A stretch of 62,855 nucleotides of DNA, filler included, from Phoronis australis (lineage: Eukaryota; Animalia; Phoronida): assembly GCA_002633005.1 (NCBI GenBank). It is 7 parts of 7 records of this genome, joined end to end, with 100 filler letters (N's around TTAATTAATTAA, not from the genome) between each part and the next. Parts side by side here need not be neighbours in the genome. Positions count along the whole stretch, not along the records: positions 27,669 to 52,553 come from NMRA01001354.1; 6 more parts are not named here. One strand, 5' to 3'. This document shows, piece by piece, positions 37,878 to 50,179 of this stretch. A model generated the notes under the pieces. It was not told where the DNA came from. It did no database searches and worked only from the letters and a program-made list of their open reading frames with translations. How positions within the stretch are numbered: the first letter of the stretch is position 1; each line of letters starts with the position of its first letter. Both the position numbers and the translations under genes were made by a program.

Positions 37878-38880
37878 TATAATCTTTTGGGACCATGGTC
37901 AATACATTTTTCTTGAGCGCTTCGAGTTAAAATTACAACATGCTTCGTTTATCTCACACGCGACATGGTTTTATCCATTTATTATTGGAAAACGTCCGAA
38001 AACATTTATGCATAGATTGTTCAAGGCTAATTCTTTCCAATTGTTAATCTCAGTTGATTTGGAGGGCAAAAGCTTAATAATTTCTCCTATGGACTTTTCT
38101 GGGCAAGAGATAATCGAGTTACGTACCACTTTCTTTTTCGGTCTTTGAAACTTTACATCGCTTGGTACTGTATATGTATAAATTCTACCATTTGAAGTCA
38201 TCCTGATGATACCATTTCTCGTTTTTTGCAGCATTTTATTGTTTACAGCGTTTTTCTATTAGGATAACCTACGGCGTTGGTTCCAAGAATTATTGAAGCA
38301 TTTATCATAGTTTTGCTGTTCCTATGGAGAAATCGTGCAGCGGTACATAAGTCAATTGACATGACCCGATATTTTATTTTTTAAGATGATACAGCCTTTT
38401 TATAATAGGGTATTTGGGCAGCGTGCCAGTTTCATATCCAGGGTTACCTTTTAGATGGAGGTGCCATTTAGAGGAGCGGCCCATACATTCTCATTGTCAA
38501 TGTGGAAAAATTTCGATTTTGCCCGCAAAAAAAGCTGAGAGTGATTAATACCTGGCAATCGGATGTGTTCCCCGCTAAAGCAAACCTTCTCATGCGCCTA
38601 TGCTAAGGTTTGGAAATGTGTACCTCTTGAATTTTATCCTTCTATTTCTGCATGCACTGTACATATTTACATTTGAAAGCAGCGTGTGGTTAGAACAACA
38701 CAAAACATTCACTTGTATGATTGTTTGCTTTTTATTTTGTATCTACTGTATATTTACTTACAAGTCGTTGAACACGAGGCAACACGACATTTATTTAATA
38801 TGTAAATGTAAAGGCATGTCAGTAGTGAACATGTGTCATAAGTAACTGTAAGGGTTTTGGAAGGATTGATGTTACAAAAT

Positions 38881-39054
38881 ATTTCAATTGCGTTCTGTGC
38901 CTTAAAGGAAATTTTTCGAAGCCTCACTCACCACTGGCGTAGTGGGCCATTGCAAACCTTAGCGACAAAAGATTTCAATTGCGTTCTGTGCCTTAAAGGA
39001 AATTTTTCGAAGCCTCACTCACCACTGACGTAGTGGGCAATTGCAAACCTTAGC
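38881..39054. repeat. 91-bp tandem duplication x2
   Basis: atttcaattgcgttctgtgccttaaagg...gcaaaccttagcg at 38881 and 38972. Confidence 0.9.
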
Positions 39055-41618
39055 GTTGGAAATGTATGATAAAAATGTAGTCCTCGGTTAAATACTTTTG
39101 CATATCTCGAATCTCGATATAATAACTCACCATTACCATCAACTACGTTATATAACTATTTAGGTCGCGCATCAAGTAGAAAAACAGTCTGTATACTTGT
39201 ACTTGCAATGGGATTGTTTGCCATTTGAAAATGAGAAGTGTTATCAATAGACAGATCAAATACAATTATAGATGGAATTTAACTTAGATCTGTGCTCGTG
39301 TGGTTCTTATACAAATTCTACAGATACTGAATGAACTTCCATGGAGATTAAATATTCGACTACGTGTTGTTTTTTTGACTCCGCGCAGGACTCAAAAGTG
39401 ACCAGCAATGCAAGTCTCGAATATTTTAATACAAACACTGGTGCACTACAGAAGTTTATATGGTTGAATTTCTGCATAATCAACTCTGATAAATTTTGTG
39501 ATTGATTGTAATTTCGTAAGTTATACAGTTTCTGTTACTGAAGCGATCATTTTTGTTGTTATTTATAATGTGGAAACGTGATAAACCGTTTTATTTGGGC
39601 AAAGGACAAATACTAATGGCTGATCTTAAAGCTTGATGGAACATATCGCAGTGTAGGCGCGGTGAATGTTTGCACAACTGGTCGAATACTTCCGTCCTCA
39701 TGTAGTGTGTCGATTACACCCCTCGCTGTTTAAATTTGAATACAATTGTTTTAACAATACAAACACTCTTTAGCTTGTACATTTGTTGATAGCAACTTTT
39801 TACCAATAATTGCCGTTTTCAAACATTGCGTGGGTGTTTTGGGAACACCCTGTCTAGTTAATTATACTTGGTGGCTGTAAATAATTTTAGGTATCGAGCC
39901 ATCCATGAATTTCTTATTATTTTGAGAATGAGACTTACCAGGTGGACTGAATTTTACCTATTTGTATTACTCCACAGACTTCTTGTCTTCTTCTATGGGA
40001 TAATAAAAAACCCTGGTGGAGGGCAATCTGGTCACGAGGGATCGCGAGTGCATTGTGGACATGATACTCTCTTTGCATGCGGAAGACAGTTTGTATCTGG
40101 CGCCAAATACTTAACCTGCTGAGGAAACGGCTTAAAGCTTGAATATTAGTAGCCTAATGTATTCCTCCCGCAGGTCTGTTCTTTAGCATGCACAAGACCT
40201 CAACTTTGCCTTTGCCAAACGAGTAATGTGAGTGGTCACAGTCAACACAAAAGAAAAGATAACTTCCCCAACAGCTCGTCTATGTTGTTACTTGGGGTTC
40301 TGGGTTGGAGGGGGTGTTCAGTCTCAACCACAAAGCGCTCCTGATGTCGTTCTCTCTCACCACGAATAGCAGAGACTACACAAAACAAGGGGCAGATCCA
40401 GAATTTTGAGATAGGGGAGGCAAGGCACAAGAATAACCAGAATTCCGGCACATGCGCGAGCCCAGCCAAAAAATGTTGGGATCCAGGGGTTTCGATTGTT
40501 TGAGTTAGCGGACCCTGTTATAAAAAAACGGTAAACGGGGTTTGTTCAAGACCTATGCTCCGAACCCCCTGGATGCGCCCATATGCTATCCAGCAACTTG
40601 CACCTGCACTGCTAAATGGTATCTGGTAGAATTTTAGGGGGAATGGCCCCCTTGCCCCTCCCCCCGTAAGTCCGCCACTGCGCACTAACGCAACCCATGT
40701 TATATATGTCTTAAGTGTTCACCAAAAGCTGCATCGAAATTTTGAGATGACCATAAGTTTTCAGACGCATTCTCACCTACGCGACGCTTCCACAAAATGT
40801 GGTTACTATAAACGGTATGTCATTAATTCAACCAAGAAACAGGCGAGTAAACGTGAGCATCCCATCGTTCCCGTAAGGGACAAGTGTTTCTGAATTATTG
40901 CAAAGGAACTGGTCGTTTGTCATTAGAGTAACACACAAAACCAATAAAAATTGAGACAACATTTGGTGAACTGTAAGGACAAAAAGGAGGAAGACAGCAT
41001 TAGTGCTGTAGTCTATGATATTTGATGTGAGGTAGAAGGGTGTCCAGTGCTGAGTGGGCTACAGCCTACAAAAACAGTTTCAGAGAAGATGTGCTGTGAA
41101 CAACCATTCAACATGATCCGTGACTTTAGTTTGGCAACAAAAATGTTGAGATCATATGCAGAGAAACATAGTTTGATAGAGAAATCCAGAAGTCCACTGA
41201 CAATCAAGCCCTAAGGCCTCTCTTTAGCAAGCTATTTTTCGCCAGATACAATGTACATATTGCATGTGGCATGTAACGAAAGTATATGCATCATCGCAAA
41301 ACACAAATCCCACCAACAAGATCATACAGCTGTAGAACAGCAGATCGAAAATGATGTGGGGTCTTCTAAGTACTCTGTAACCTGTCCGGTAGACAAGTCT
41401 CGTTTTCAAAATAATTCGCATAATGAAATCCTGGTATAAACTCCTCACATAGTGTGTTGTTTTCCAGATTATTAGTCGAAGCACTCCTGAACGGTTGATG
41501 AGACGCTCCATAGAAATAGCATGTGTTGTCGTCTTGTTTTGGTCTTTGATGGTATGGTATCCTTATCCGAAAGTGACTACATAACCAAAGATTAAAGGAC
41601 TTTCTATGACCACAGATG

Positions 41619-42392
41619 GGATTGTTCTATAACCCCTAGACTCACACACCCCATGATCCCTCGACCCACGACCAACAGGACCCTCGAATCAATCTACACA
41701 TCAAGATCCGACAAGATCTGGTAATTGACAAAGAATTGGCGCCATGAGCTCGGCTGGCTTTCCTACGTATTTTGCAAATAAGATAGAGTCGATTCTTCAG
41801 GTCTGAAAGCAAAAAACAGAGACGAAAAATACTTAATTTACAAACGTCGTTTCCGGCACAGTGTTATAGTTTCGTCTACTTTTCAGTGAATGGCAGATTC
41901 AAGCATTTTGGGAGAGTTCAAGGAATTGACGAATATGTTATTTCTTCAGGTAATACAGTTGGGAAAACAAGCTGTTAACTAAAGAGTATCTCAGCGTCAT
42001 ATTGAGTATATTTTAAACGAGCGTAGGACAGAAAGTAAATAATAAATTTGTCAAATTATGCACATTCACATTAACGTACTATCTGCTTTACTTAAGTCGA
42101 ACAGGGCCATTTGTAACCACTCGTTTACCTATTCCGGTGACAACAATAGCTTGCCCACGCTTCATTTTCTGTTGCTAACCACGAGACTTGAGCCAGATCA
42201 GATTTGCGTGTAGGCACGTCTTACGCGGAAGTTATTTATGGACTTAATGTGATGGTGATATGAGTAAAAAGTACAAAGATACATGTACCGTACAAGCTTT
42301 GCTACAGGTCGTGTGTCGACGGGGTTGTTGGTCGCGGGGGGTAATGGTTTAGGAGGTGGGGGGCGTGATGTTTGGGGTTTTCAGAACAATCC
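41619..42392. mobile_element. MITE with long degenerate TIRs (Mutator-like?)
   Basis: GGATTGTTCTATAACCCC...cgacc repeats at the left end and ggtcg repeats...GGGGTTTTCAGAACAATCC at the right end. A related right end lies at ~27975-28060. No TSD was found. Confidence 0.5.
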
Positions 42393-43452
42393 TTGTGAAC
42401 ATCTTATATTCTTTATCACACGGTATACAACCACAAAACGTGAACTGAAATTACCTGTTTGTCGAACATTATTCAGAGTGAAACTGCACTATAGTATAGG
42501 TTGTAAAGTAATAGACAGGGTTTAGTGCAACATATATTAACCGAATGTTAAGGTTGAATCTTCATCGTCTATCTAAAAATAAACTGTTCATTCAAGCATA
42601 CACGGATGGACATGATACACGGCGCCAAGAGAAATCCAACATTAATGGTCAACGTTTTAACAGTGTATATTAGATCTGCATTCCATTGTTCAAATGATTG
42701 TCTAGTTAAGAAATGTGTTTCGTAAAGATTCGTAATTAAAACTGCACTGGATGAAGGTTTCTTCAAAGAAATCTCTAAAACTGGTTCGAAATAGCGAACA
42801 TTAAGGCGCACTGTGTCTAGAAAATTAAAAGTGCTTAAATCTATGTCGAATATTTAGTGTGATTCTGAATGCTGTTTCTACATGCAATGGGTCACTTTTC
42901 ATCCACAGATTTCAGTACAGACATTCATACTTACGACACTTGATGTTTTAGAAGACAACGGTGTGCAGCATAGAGCATCTGTGAGTGAAATAATTGTGAA
43001 ATGGGTTTAGTTCGTCAGGAGATGTTTTCGTTGCCATTGTTCACAAATATGTTCTGTTTTCATTTGTCCCGAATTGCAAGGTGTTCGACAAGTGGTTAGT
43101 AGTCTTTCGTATCTGATCTACATGTACTTATCTGACGGTCGTCTCAAATGATTCCAGGCTTTTTAATTTACATTCACCACATTAGGTCATTTTTTTGCTA
43201 GTCTGTGAGCTGAAACACCGTTATCTTCACAATATAGTTTCTCCCTATTTTGATAACATTTTCCTTTATTTTTAAACTGATGTACATGTACATGTACATA
43301 CTGAAACATACTATATTTCTATCAAACACGTGAACATGAACCCATGTTGAATCCATTCATGTCGAACCTTACACATCAATCAGTAACTAACGCTACTGGA
43401 GAACAATGGATTCCACAGCCTTTCGTGGAATTCAGCAGGAATTCCTCATTAG

Positions 43453-43559
43453 AATTATGGAAATTCACTGAATGGTAATATACCACTGCATATTGTAGCT
43501 CGCTTTTTTCAACCAGGTGTTTTGAAAACATTACTTAAGTATGGTGCTGACCTGACACA
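43453..43559 (+). CDS. Ankyrin-repeat exon (NGNIPLHIVARFFQPGVLKTLLKYGADL), possibly a relic
   Basis: Fits the ANK consensus GxTPLHxA...V..LL..GAD. Acceptor cattAG, donor GTTAGT. The phase-2 end does not join the phase-0 exon at 44017 directly. Confidence 0.6.
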
Positions 43560-44016
43560 GTTAGTTTTCACATATTCAAAATGCATTTACAAAAGCATTT
43601 GAATTGATAACCACATTCGAAACTTGGGTACCATGGAATGTACTCAGGCGTCTTACGAAAGATTCGTCAACTGTATTGTTCTCTTCACTAGAACATGCAT
43701 GCTTCAATGACAGTTGCAGGTATTATTTACTTAAGTAGACACACGGGCAGTAACTGAGCACAAAAGTGGTCATTAACCAGCCTTCGGCTTTCAAATAATA
43801 TATTGATCTAGACCAATCACTTATGATAAACTGACATCAGCTTGTTCCATGGGGCCGTACGAAGCGGGTATCAAGGGTAGCACGTGCCTGACTGTAACAC
43901 ACGAAACTGCAAGTAGGTTACCTGCAGTTAGTGTTGCAAATACTTATGTCGAAATTGATGTTTAATTATAGAAGCGACGTAGAAGCACGATGCATATGTT
44001 CATTTTTTAATTGTAG

Positions 44017-44200
44017 GATGCACCAGAACAACAGAAAAAAAGAGCAATACGTGAATTGGCTGATGCGGTAGCAAAATACGCAAGGTTGGTTGTGCCTCAT
44101 CAGGAACAGACAGAGCATTCTATATCTTCTATATCGCTGACATGGATGCCTGCACAAAGCAACGTGAAGAACGAGATCACGGACATCCAAATTGAAACTG
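44017..44200 (+). CDS. FAM111-like protease gene, exon A (DAPEQQKKRAIRELADAVAKY...IQIET)
   Basis: ttttttaattgtAG acceptor, GTGAGC donor, phase 1 out matching the next exon. Confidence 0.65.
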
Positions 44201-44952
44201 GTGAGCACAATCTCAATGCTATGTTGGTGATCTGCACGAGCTAAGATGGCCACCTCATTACACAGAAGCGACTTGATGATCGTTCATAACACCGAAAATC
44301 TGTATACAACAATTCGTTCCAGTAACCTAAACAAAGGAGACAGAAACGGGCAACTTATTTTTCTTCCTGTACTCTATTGGTGGTAACATATTCTCGGGGT
44401 TCTTTGACAAGCTTTGTGTAAAAAGCAGGTCTACAGCATCCTCACTTTAAATACTGACCGACTTGTATCAACCAGGTAACCTCTGAAATAAGAAGTGCGA
44501 CCAGAAAAGAGTGTGTGCGAATTCGTGTTTCATTTGGTTATCCATCATTCTTTCTTTACCGAATTTTCTCAAGCGTTTACTCAAGAGTTAGCGGTGACCT
44601 CTCCTTTCCTGTGTACAACTAGGAAAACAATTACTCAGGAATTCTGTGCGTTTTATTGATCTCTAAAACATGAGGGTTAATCAGTTTTCAAGTAATAGCA
44701 GTGCTTAAGGGGCCAAGCTACACTGCATGCTCTCAGCTTCAAATCACCTCATCACGTTTTCATAGGTCCAATGTTTATTTATACCTAATGGGGTATTATT
44801 CAGGCAGCATTGTATGATATTACCTCAATGGGCGAATGAGCATTGCCCAGTGGCTTTAATTACTTCGGATTTCGAGGTTTCAGGTTCCTTTGATTGTTCA
44901 ATTGGCAAATGGTGGCGGGAATTATAGTGTTAATCATTTTGGAACATTCCAG

Positions 44953-45195
44953 TTAACTCCATGTTATGCCAACGGACATCAACTATGAACGGTGGGCCAC
45001 AGCGACATCGTTACAAGGAAGCCGGGAAGATGTATGCGACCTTCATCCATTCCCTCGACGCTTCCTCTTCAGCTGTGGCCAAAATAACGTGGTCAAATGG
45101 GTCAGGTGGAACGGGCTGGCTTGTTGGTACAGGTCAAAGAAAGTTCCTGGTTACAAACTACCACATTATTGACGAGATGCCTCCTGTTAACCAAG
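44953..45195 (+). CDS. FAM111-like trypsin-fold protease, exon B (catalytic His)
   Basis: SAVAKI...GGTGWLVG...FLVTNYHII; AG/GT boundaries, phase 1/1. Confidence 0.85.
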
Positions 45196-45827
45196 GTAAA
45201 CGCCCGTGACATGTCTCAAATCTGATGAAATTTACATTTTACAGTTGAAAGTCAATTGAGGTGTTAAAAAGCAGTAAATTCACAGCACTTGAAAAGTCAC
45301 TCCATTGTCTCGTGTTTGATGTGTTATAAAAAGCCATGCCCAATATATGTTTTGAAATCATGTTCTCATTCGATCGTCTGGCCAACTGGTTTTGCCCTTT
45401 GCATCCGTAGTTTAACGCATCTATGACCTATATTGTTTTGCATGCAATTCTTTGTTAACTTTTATTTGGTTTGTCGAAAAGGTACATTGTTGTGATATAG
45501 AAGAGTTGAGACTTCACTGCTATTAACATGTTTTCGTCAAGCTGTTGACTCAGATTAGCGGCGATTTGTCATTTTTCAGAGTTTCACAGTTCTGAATTTG
45601 TTGAGGTAACCTTAGGCGCATCGATTGTCACGAAGCAACCAGGCATACATTGCATATGCGAGTCCGGTCCCAAACACTTCGAAGAACTGATGTTAATTCA
45701 AGTTAGGTTAAGGAACATTTGAGAACCATTTTGATTGCGCTATGTTGATTTAAATAAAATGTGTTTTGTGATGCTTCCATCGTGTCGTTTGTACAGTATA
45801 TTACGTAACACGCCCTCGTATTTATAG

Positions 45828-46144
45828 CGCACGAACAAGAACGACAAAAACACCGATGGGCATATTTCAATTTCGACCGCCCTCTCCAACCGGGAGACAC
45901 CCCACTCTGCGTCAGGATCAGTGATCCATTCCTTGTTGACTCAGAAATTGATGTCGCTGTTCTGGAATTGGAGCTGACTAACGTGGAACCTCACACGAAA
46001 CAACATTTACCTGAACCCATAACCCGATTCCGGAAGCTGAAAGACGGCAATGAGACACTCCATTTTATCGGCCATCCAGGAGGCAATTCAAAAGTACTTG
46101 ACATCCAATGCAAGACTTTACCTGCAGAAAATATACTGCGAATG
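45828..46144 (+). CDS. FAM111-like protease, exon C (catalytic Asp)
   Basis: WAYFNFD...DSEIDVAVLEL...LHFIGHPGGNSKVLDIQC; tatttatAG acceptor in phase 1, GTGAGT donor in phase 0. Confidence 0.85.
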
Positions 46145-46425
46145 GTGAGTGGTCCTGAATACAGTGCCACAATGTTGTTGTTGGTGACATTTGAGGTAAT
46201 ACTGAAAAAAATGCGTCGGTTAGAAAGCAGGGATTTTCTTATCAAGTATGGTCTTAGAGTTCGAGAATGTCAGCCACCTACGCTTTCATTTCTCCAAGTC
46301 GAATGGAATTCTGACTTTCTCCATATCTTTCTTGTATATTCATATATTGTATTTAAAATCGTGGCATGCTCTTGTAAAAAGTTTATCGCCAAGCTGTAAT
46401 CTACTCGAACAATGTACACTTTCAG

Positions 46426-46770
46426 CATCAGCACCTTCTAGAGTGGTCTTTTGCCACCTTCAAAGCAAATAAGTACCCTAAAGTCACCGACGAACGTCGA
46501 GTGATGTACAACACCAGCGAAGACTTTGGCCTAGGCACGTCTGGCTGCCCCGGATTTATCATGAACCAAGACTACCAGGCGTCTTTGGCTGTCATTCACG
46601 CATTTGCTTTCCCGGATGACCCAAATCCTCCACCCGGAATGCCAGAGGAATATCACTTCGAACAAGGCATACGCATCGAACACGTGTATGATTTAATACG
46701 AAGCCGCGACGAAGACATATGCTCAGAAATATTCACACAGGGACGTCCATACCCAATAGATATTTACTGA
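46426..46770 (+). CDS. FAM111-like protease, terminal exon (catalytic Ser)
   Basis: ctttcAG acceptor. RVMYNTSEDFGLGTSGCPGF...LAVIHAFAF...FEQGIRIEHVY parallels FAM111A ITYDT.FFFGASGSPVF...LVAMHAAGF...IEFG. Ends at TGA. Confidence 0.85.
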   Translation, partial: HQHLLEWSFATFKANKYPKVTDERRVMYNTSEDFGLGTSGCPGFIMNQDYQASLAVIHAFAFPDDPNPPPGMPEEYHFEQGIRIEHVYDLIRSRDEDICSEIFTQGRPYPIDIY

Positions 46771-47589
46771 TTATGATCCCTTAACATATTGACGTAGGTA
46801 AAAGTATCTGGGTTGGCGCAATGTGACATTGCTGGCTACCGGGTCTGAAAAACATTGATTACAACCTGGTGGCATTTTTCAATAAATTGCTGCCCCGGGG
46901 AGGGCGTTTTTGGATGTGCGTGTCACTAGATTGCCGATGAGTGAACTCGTGTTCACCACTAATCTGGGACTATTTTTTCTCATAGCAGCTTGTTAAAAAC
47001 TCTGTTGAGTTGTTGATGGCCTTTCACTATACACCAGTAATTACAGCTGTACACGTATGTATTGTTTTTGCAAATTTGTTATTATATCTTATTCATGTTT
47101 TGTTGTATTTCCATTCTGATACTGATTTATCCACCAGATGGCACTCTTTACTCGTCGATGGGTTAGTCAAATTTCTCACAGTTATTACCCATGTTCTTGT
47201 TGGACCTGAGCTTTGCGGCTTAACTTCGAACTGAATTTGACATGTATACTTGATGTACGTTGAAATTTAATATTTTTTGCGAATACAGCAAATCCACAAA
47301 GTCAGATGTTTGTGCAGTCTCAATATCAACCAGTGATGGTACATGTATTATTCCGGGGAAATCAAAAATGTTAATCGCGATTTTCGTTAGAAAATGCAAG
47401 ACGGCTCTTGGGGTCTTTTGTACCCCAGTCAACGACCGTCATGATTCATGTTCATGTACATGTATATATTATGGGATATTTTAATTGAAAAAATATAGCA
47501 ATTTTATTCGCTATTATTAGATCCGCAACTTGACACAAATTGATATACTCCTTAACGTGAGACGTATCTCATCGATAATCGCTACCTTT

Positions 47590-48530
47590 TCCTCAAAGGA
47601 AACAACTATTATTTTGCAAAAATCATTCTTTAATTTTACATGGAAAGGATATTTAAAAGGGATATAGTGATACAAGACTTTTCAAAAAGAGGTTCCAACA
47701 TGATTCATGTTTATTCTTTTAATACATCTTTGAAGTTGTCATGGCAACAGAAACTAATCACAACCGATGACGAACTACACTGTATAAATTCATATTTTTA
47801 AACTAAGCAAACTTCTTGGTGCCTGCAACTTCTTCCGTTTTGGTGAACTATTCTATGAACCTTGTCCAAAAAGCATTGCAAACAAGTTCTGGGTAGAAGT
47901 ATTTACTCTTGCTTATGAATACTTTTGTTTACACCCAAATGAGGATAAAAATCGCGTTGATGAACCAAGACTGGGGTAAAAACTGTATTATAGTTGAGTT
48001 GTATATTTGAAATGCTCGATACTGGGGATAAAATGATCTCATATCAAACAGTCTATATAACCATCGGTTTCTTTCAAACATACTCTTCTTTTGTGGTTCA
48101 AGATGTCCAACCCGAAAAATATCAATTGCTCAATAAACAACCGATTTGTTTTACACTTGCCTTCAAACAACTCACTTAGTTTCAAAGAAATATGTAAATA
48201 GGGATACCTGTACTATCTTTGCTAAACAGTTCTATAAGAAACCCTATCAAGAAAATAAGTGGGAGTAGAATTTGAATTGTATTTTTACAAGTGACGAGTG
48301 GAGAATTACATACACATGCTTCGTTAGTTTTACAAATGATGGTAAATTGAAATGTTTCCAGATTAGACTCATTCATAGAATTATTAGTACCAACAACTTC
48401 CTTTGTGAAATCAGTATCTCGTCTTTAATCTTGTGTTTTTTAGCAATAAGGAGCAATAAGTTTCAATCCATCTCTTTTGGTCTTGTAATGTAACATAGTC
48501 TTTTTGGCATCACGTTCAAAACTGCATTTT
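47590..48530 (+). mobile_element. Degenerate L1/Tx1-clade LINE ORF2 3' fragment
   Basis: Frameshifted pieces FTWKG...SLKLSW and W....F...TNDGKLKCFQIRLIHRIISTNNFL...HLFWSC...FW match the Tx1 C-terminal zinc-binding region. Confidence 0.75.
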
Positions 48531-50023
48531 AAATGAAACATGAAAAGCAATAAACTTTAATGGTTAGCCTGTGATATGGAAAAAGCCAAAGTGAAACTGA
48601 TAAATCATTCAGAGTCTGAATGGTGGGCTGAAATTTTGTTAAACCCAACCTAACGGGGAATCATTTTGCTTCTCGATGACAAACACCTCTGTAAGTAAAC
48701 TAGTTTTCAGCTTTATTTATAACGCATTTCTTTGGCAAAAAGTACTGTTGTTTACTTGTGAATTAATAGAGAGTGACAAGGTTGGTCAGATTTTCTTGTT
48801 GTATTGGTTGGTGTACGTGTTGCCTATTTTGCACTTTTTTGGAGATTGTGTTTAATTTAAGCCCCAGTTGTTGCTAGGTATCAGATATGATCTTGTGGTC
48901 TGGCTTTAACTTACCTGAAATATTTACTGTTATTGATAAAAGGAACAGTGGGTGTATAAAATAAAATACCTGTTAAATTTTTTTCATGACATTTGAACTT
49001 TGACTAGTTATGAGTGATGATATACTCAATGATACTTTGTTTTTTAAGTTGTGAGATATTCTACAGATTAGCAAGTGACTTGTAACTGTTGGTGAGTGGG
49101 GAAGTGGGATTGAGCCCTATGCTGGCATGTCTAAGAAATAATGGAATGTTCTAAAATTGTATTACGTTTTTGTGGTAGTGATGAATTGCCTTGCTTTCTT
49201 CTTCTCACTTGTGTAACACCCACTGCATAAAACAATTCTCTGCATTTCTAGTAGCCTGGTGAATTGAATAGGGAACACATGCAAAATTGTTGGGTGGAGA
49301 TGAAACCAGCAGTGAGCTGGGAGCAACATATTTGTCAACACCCAAGTGGCATACATACCCAATGGTTTTTACCTGTTTAGCACTCCTCCCATGTAACCCC
49401 CTAGGAGGGGGTCAACACCCATTTGGCGCCCACCTGGTTTTTGCCTGTTACCCTCTTATAGCTGGCACCTGGGGGGGAATTCCCCTAGAGCAATCATTCA
49501 AATTATGTAGTCCATAGAGGTATGAAGTGTTGTAAAGATCGATAATTGCCGTGTTAAGAACTCAAACATGAAACAAAACCATGATGGATCTTGAAGGGAG
49601 CTTCAAGAGAATAAAAACAAATACATTTTAATATTGATTAAAAAACACATTTTCTTTCTCATTCTATTGTAAGTGGATGTTAGTTTATGTATTCTTACCA
49701 TTTCCAATCACATAGTGATTTTTGGCACGTTGAATGCCATTAAAGTATGAATTTATCAGTGTTTGCATTGTTCGGACTGCGCTCCTAAGTGTTGATTATT
49801 CACCGATTGGGGCGCTAGTGTTTCGACTGGTAACCATTGCGGCGAATGGTAAAATGGCGGAGTGAACTCTCATGTACTAGTACACTCCTTGGTAGTACTT
49901 TCCCGCTTCACCTGCATGTACATGTACAGTTTGAACGGGAATCTGCCAAATGATCCTATCGAGAAGGGGTAGAATTATTTGAGTTATAGCGTGGCTGGTG
50001 CCATTTTTTGCCCAGACTTGACA

Positions 50024-50179
50024 ATGGGGAAAACCGTTCTCAACGGAATTTGGATGAAGGACGAATCGTACAAGAACTGGCTAGCGAAATGCAAGTTTAG
50101 TACACGTAAAGCGTTGTGCATTGTGTGTAACAAAGAAAATTTCCAGGGAAAAATGGGCCTGGGTGCCATGAAACAAAAA
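50024..50179 (+). pseudogene. N-terminal BED-type zinc-finger fragment of a hAT-like transposase
   Basis: MGKTVLNGIWMKDESYKNWL...KALCIVCNK....KMGLGAMK; the His ligands and the rest of the transposase are missing. Confidence 0.55.

Noticed and set aside
43692-43719. 28-nt candidate exon that would fix the ANK-to-protease phase
   Set aside because: It has an in-frame TGA in the required frame.
45580-45605. 26-nt candidate micro-exon in the protease gene
   Set aside because: Good splice sites, but it exits in phase 0 while the next exon needs phase 1. Direct splicing of 45195 to 45828 keeps the frame.
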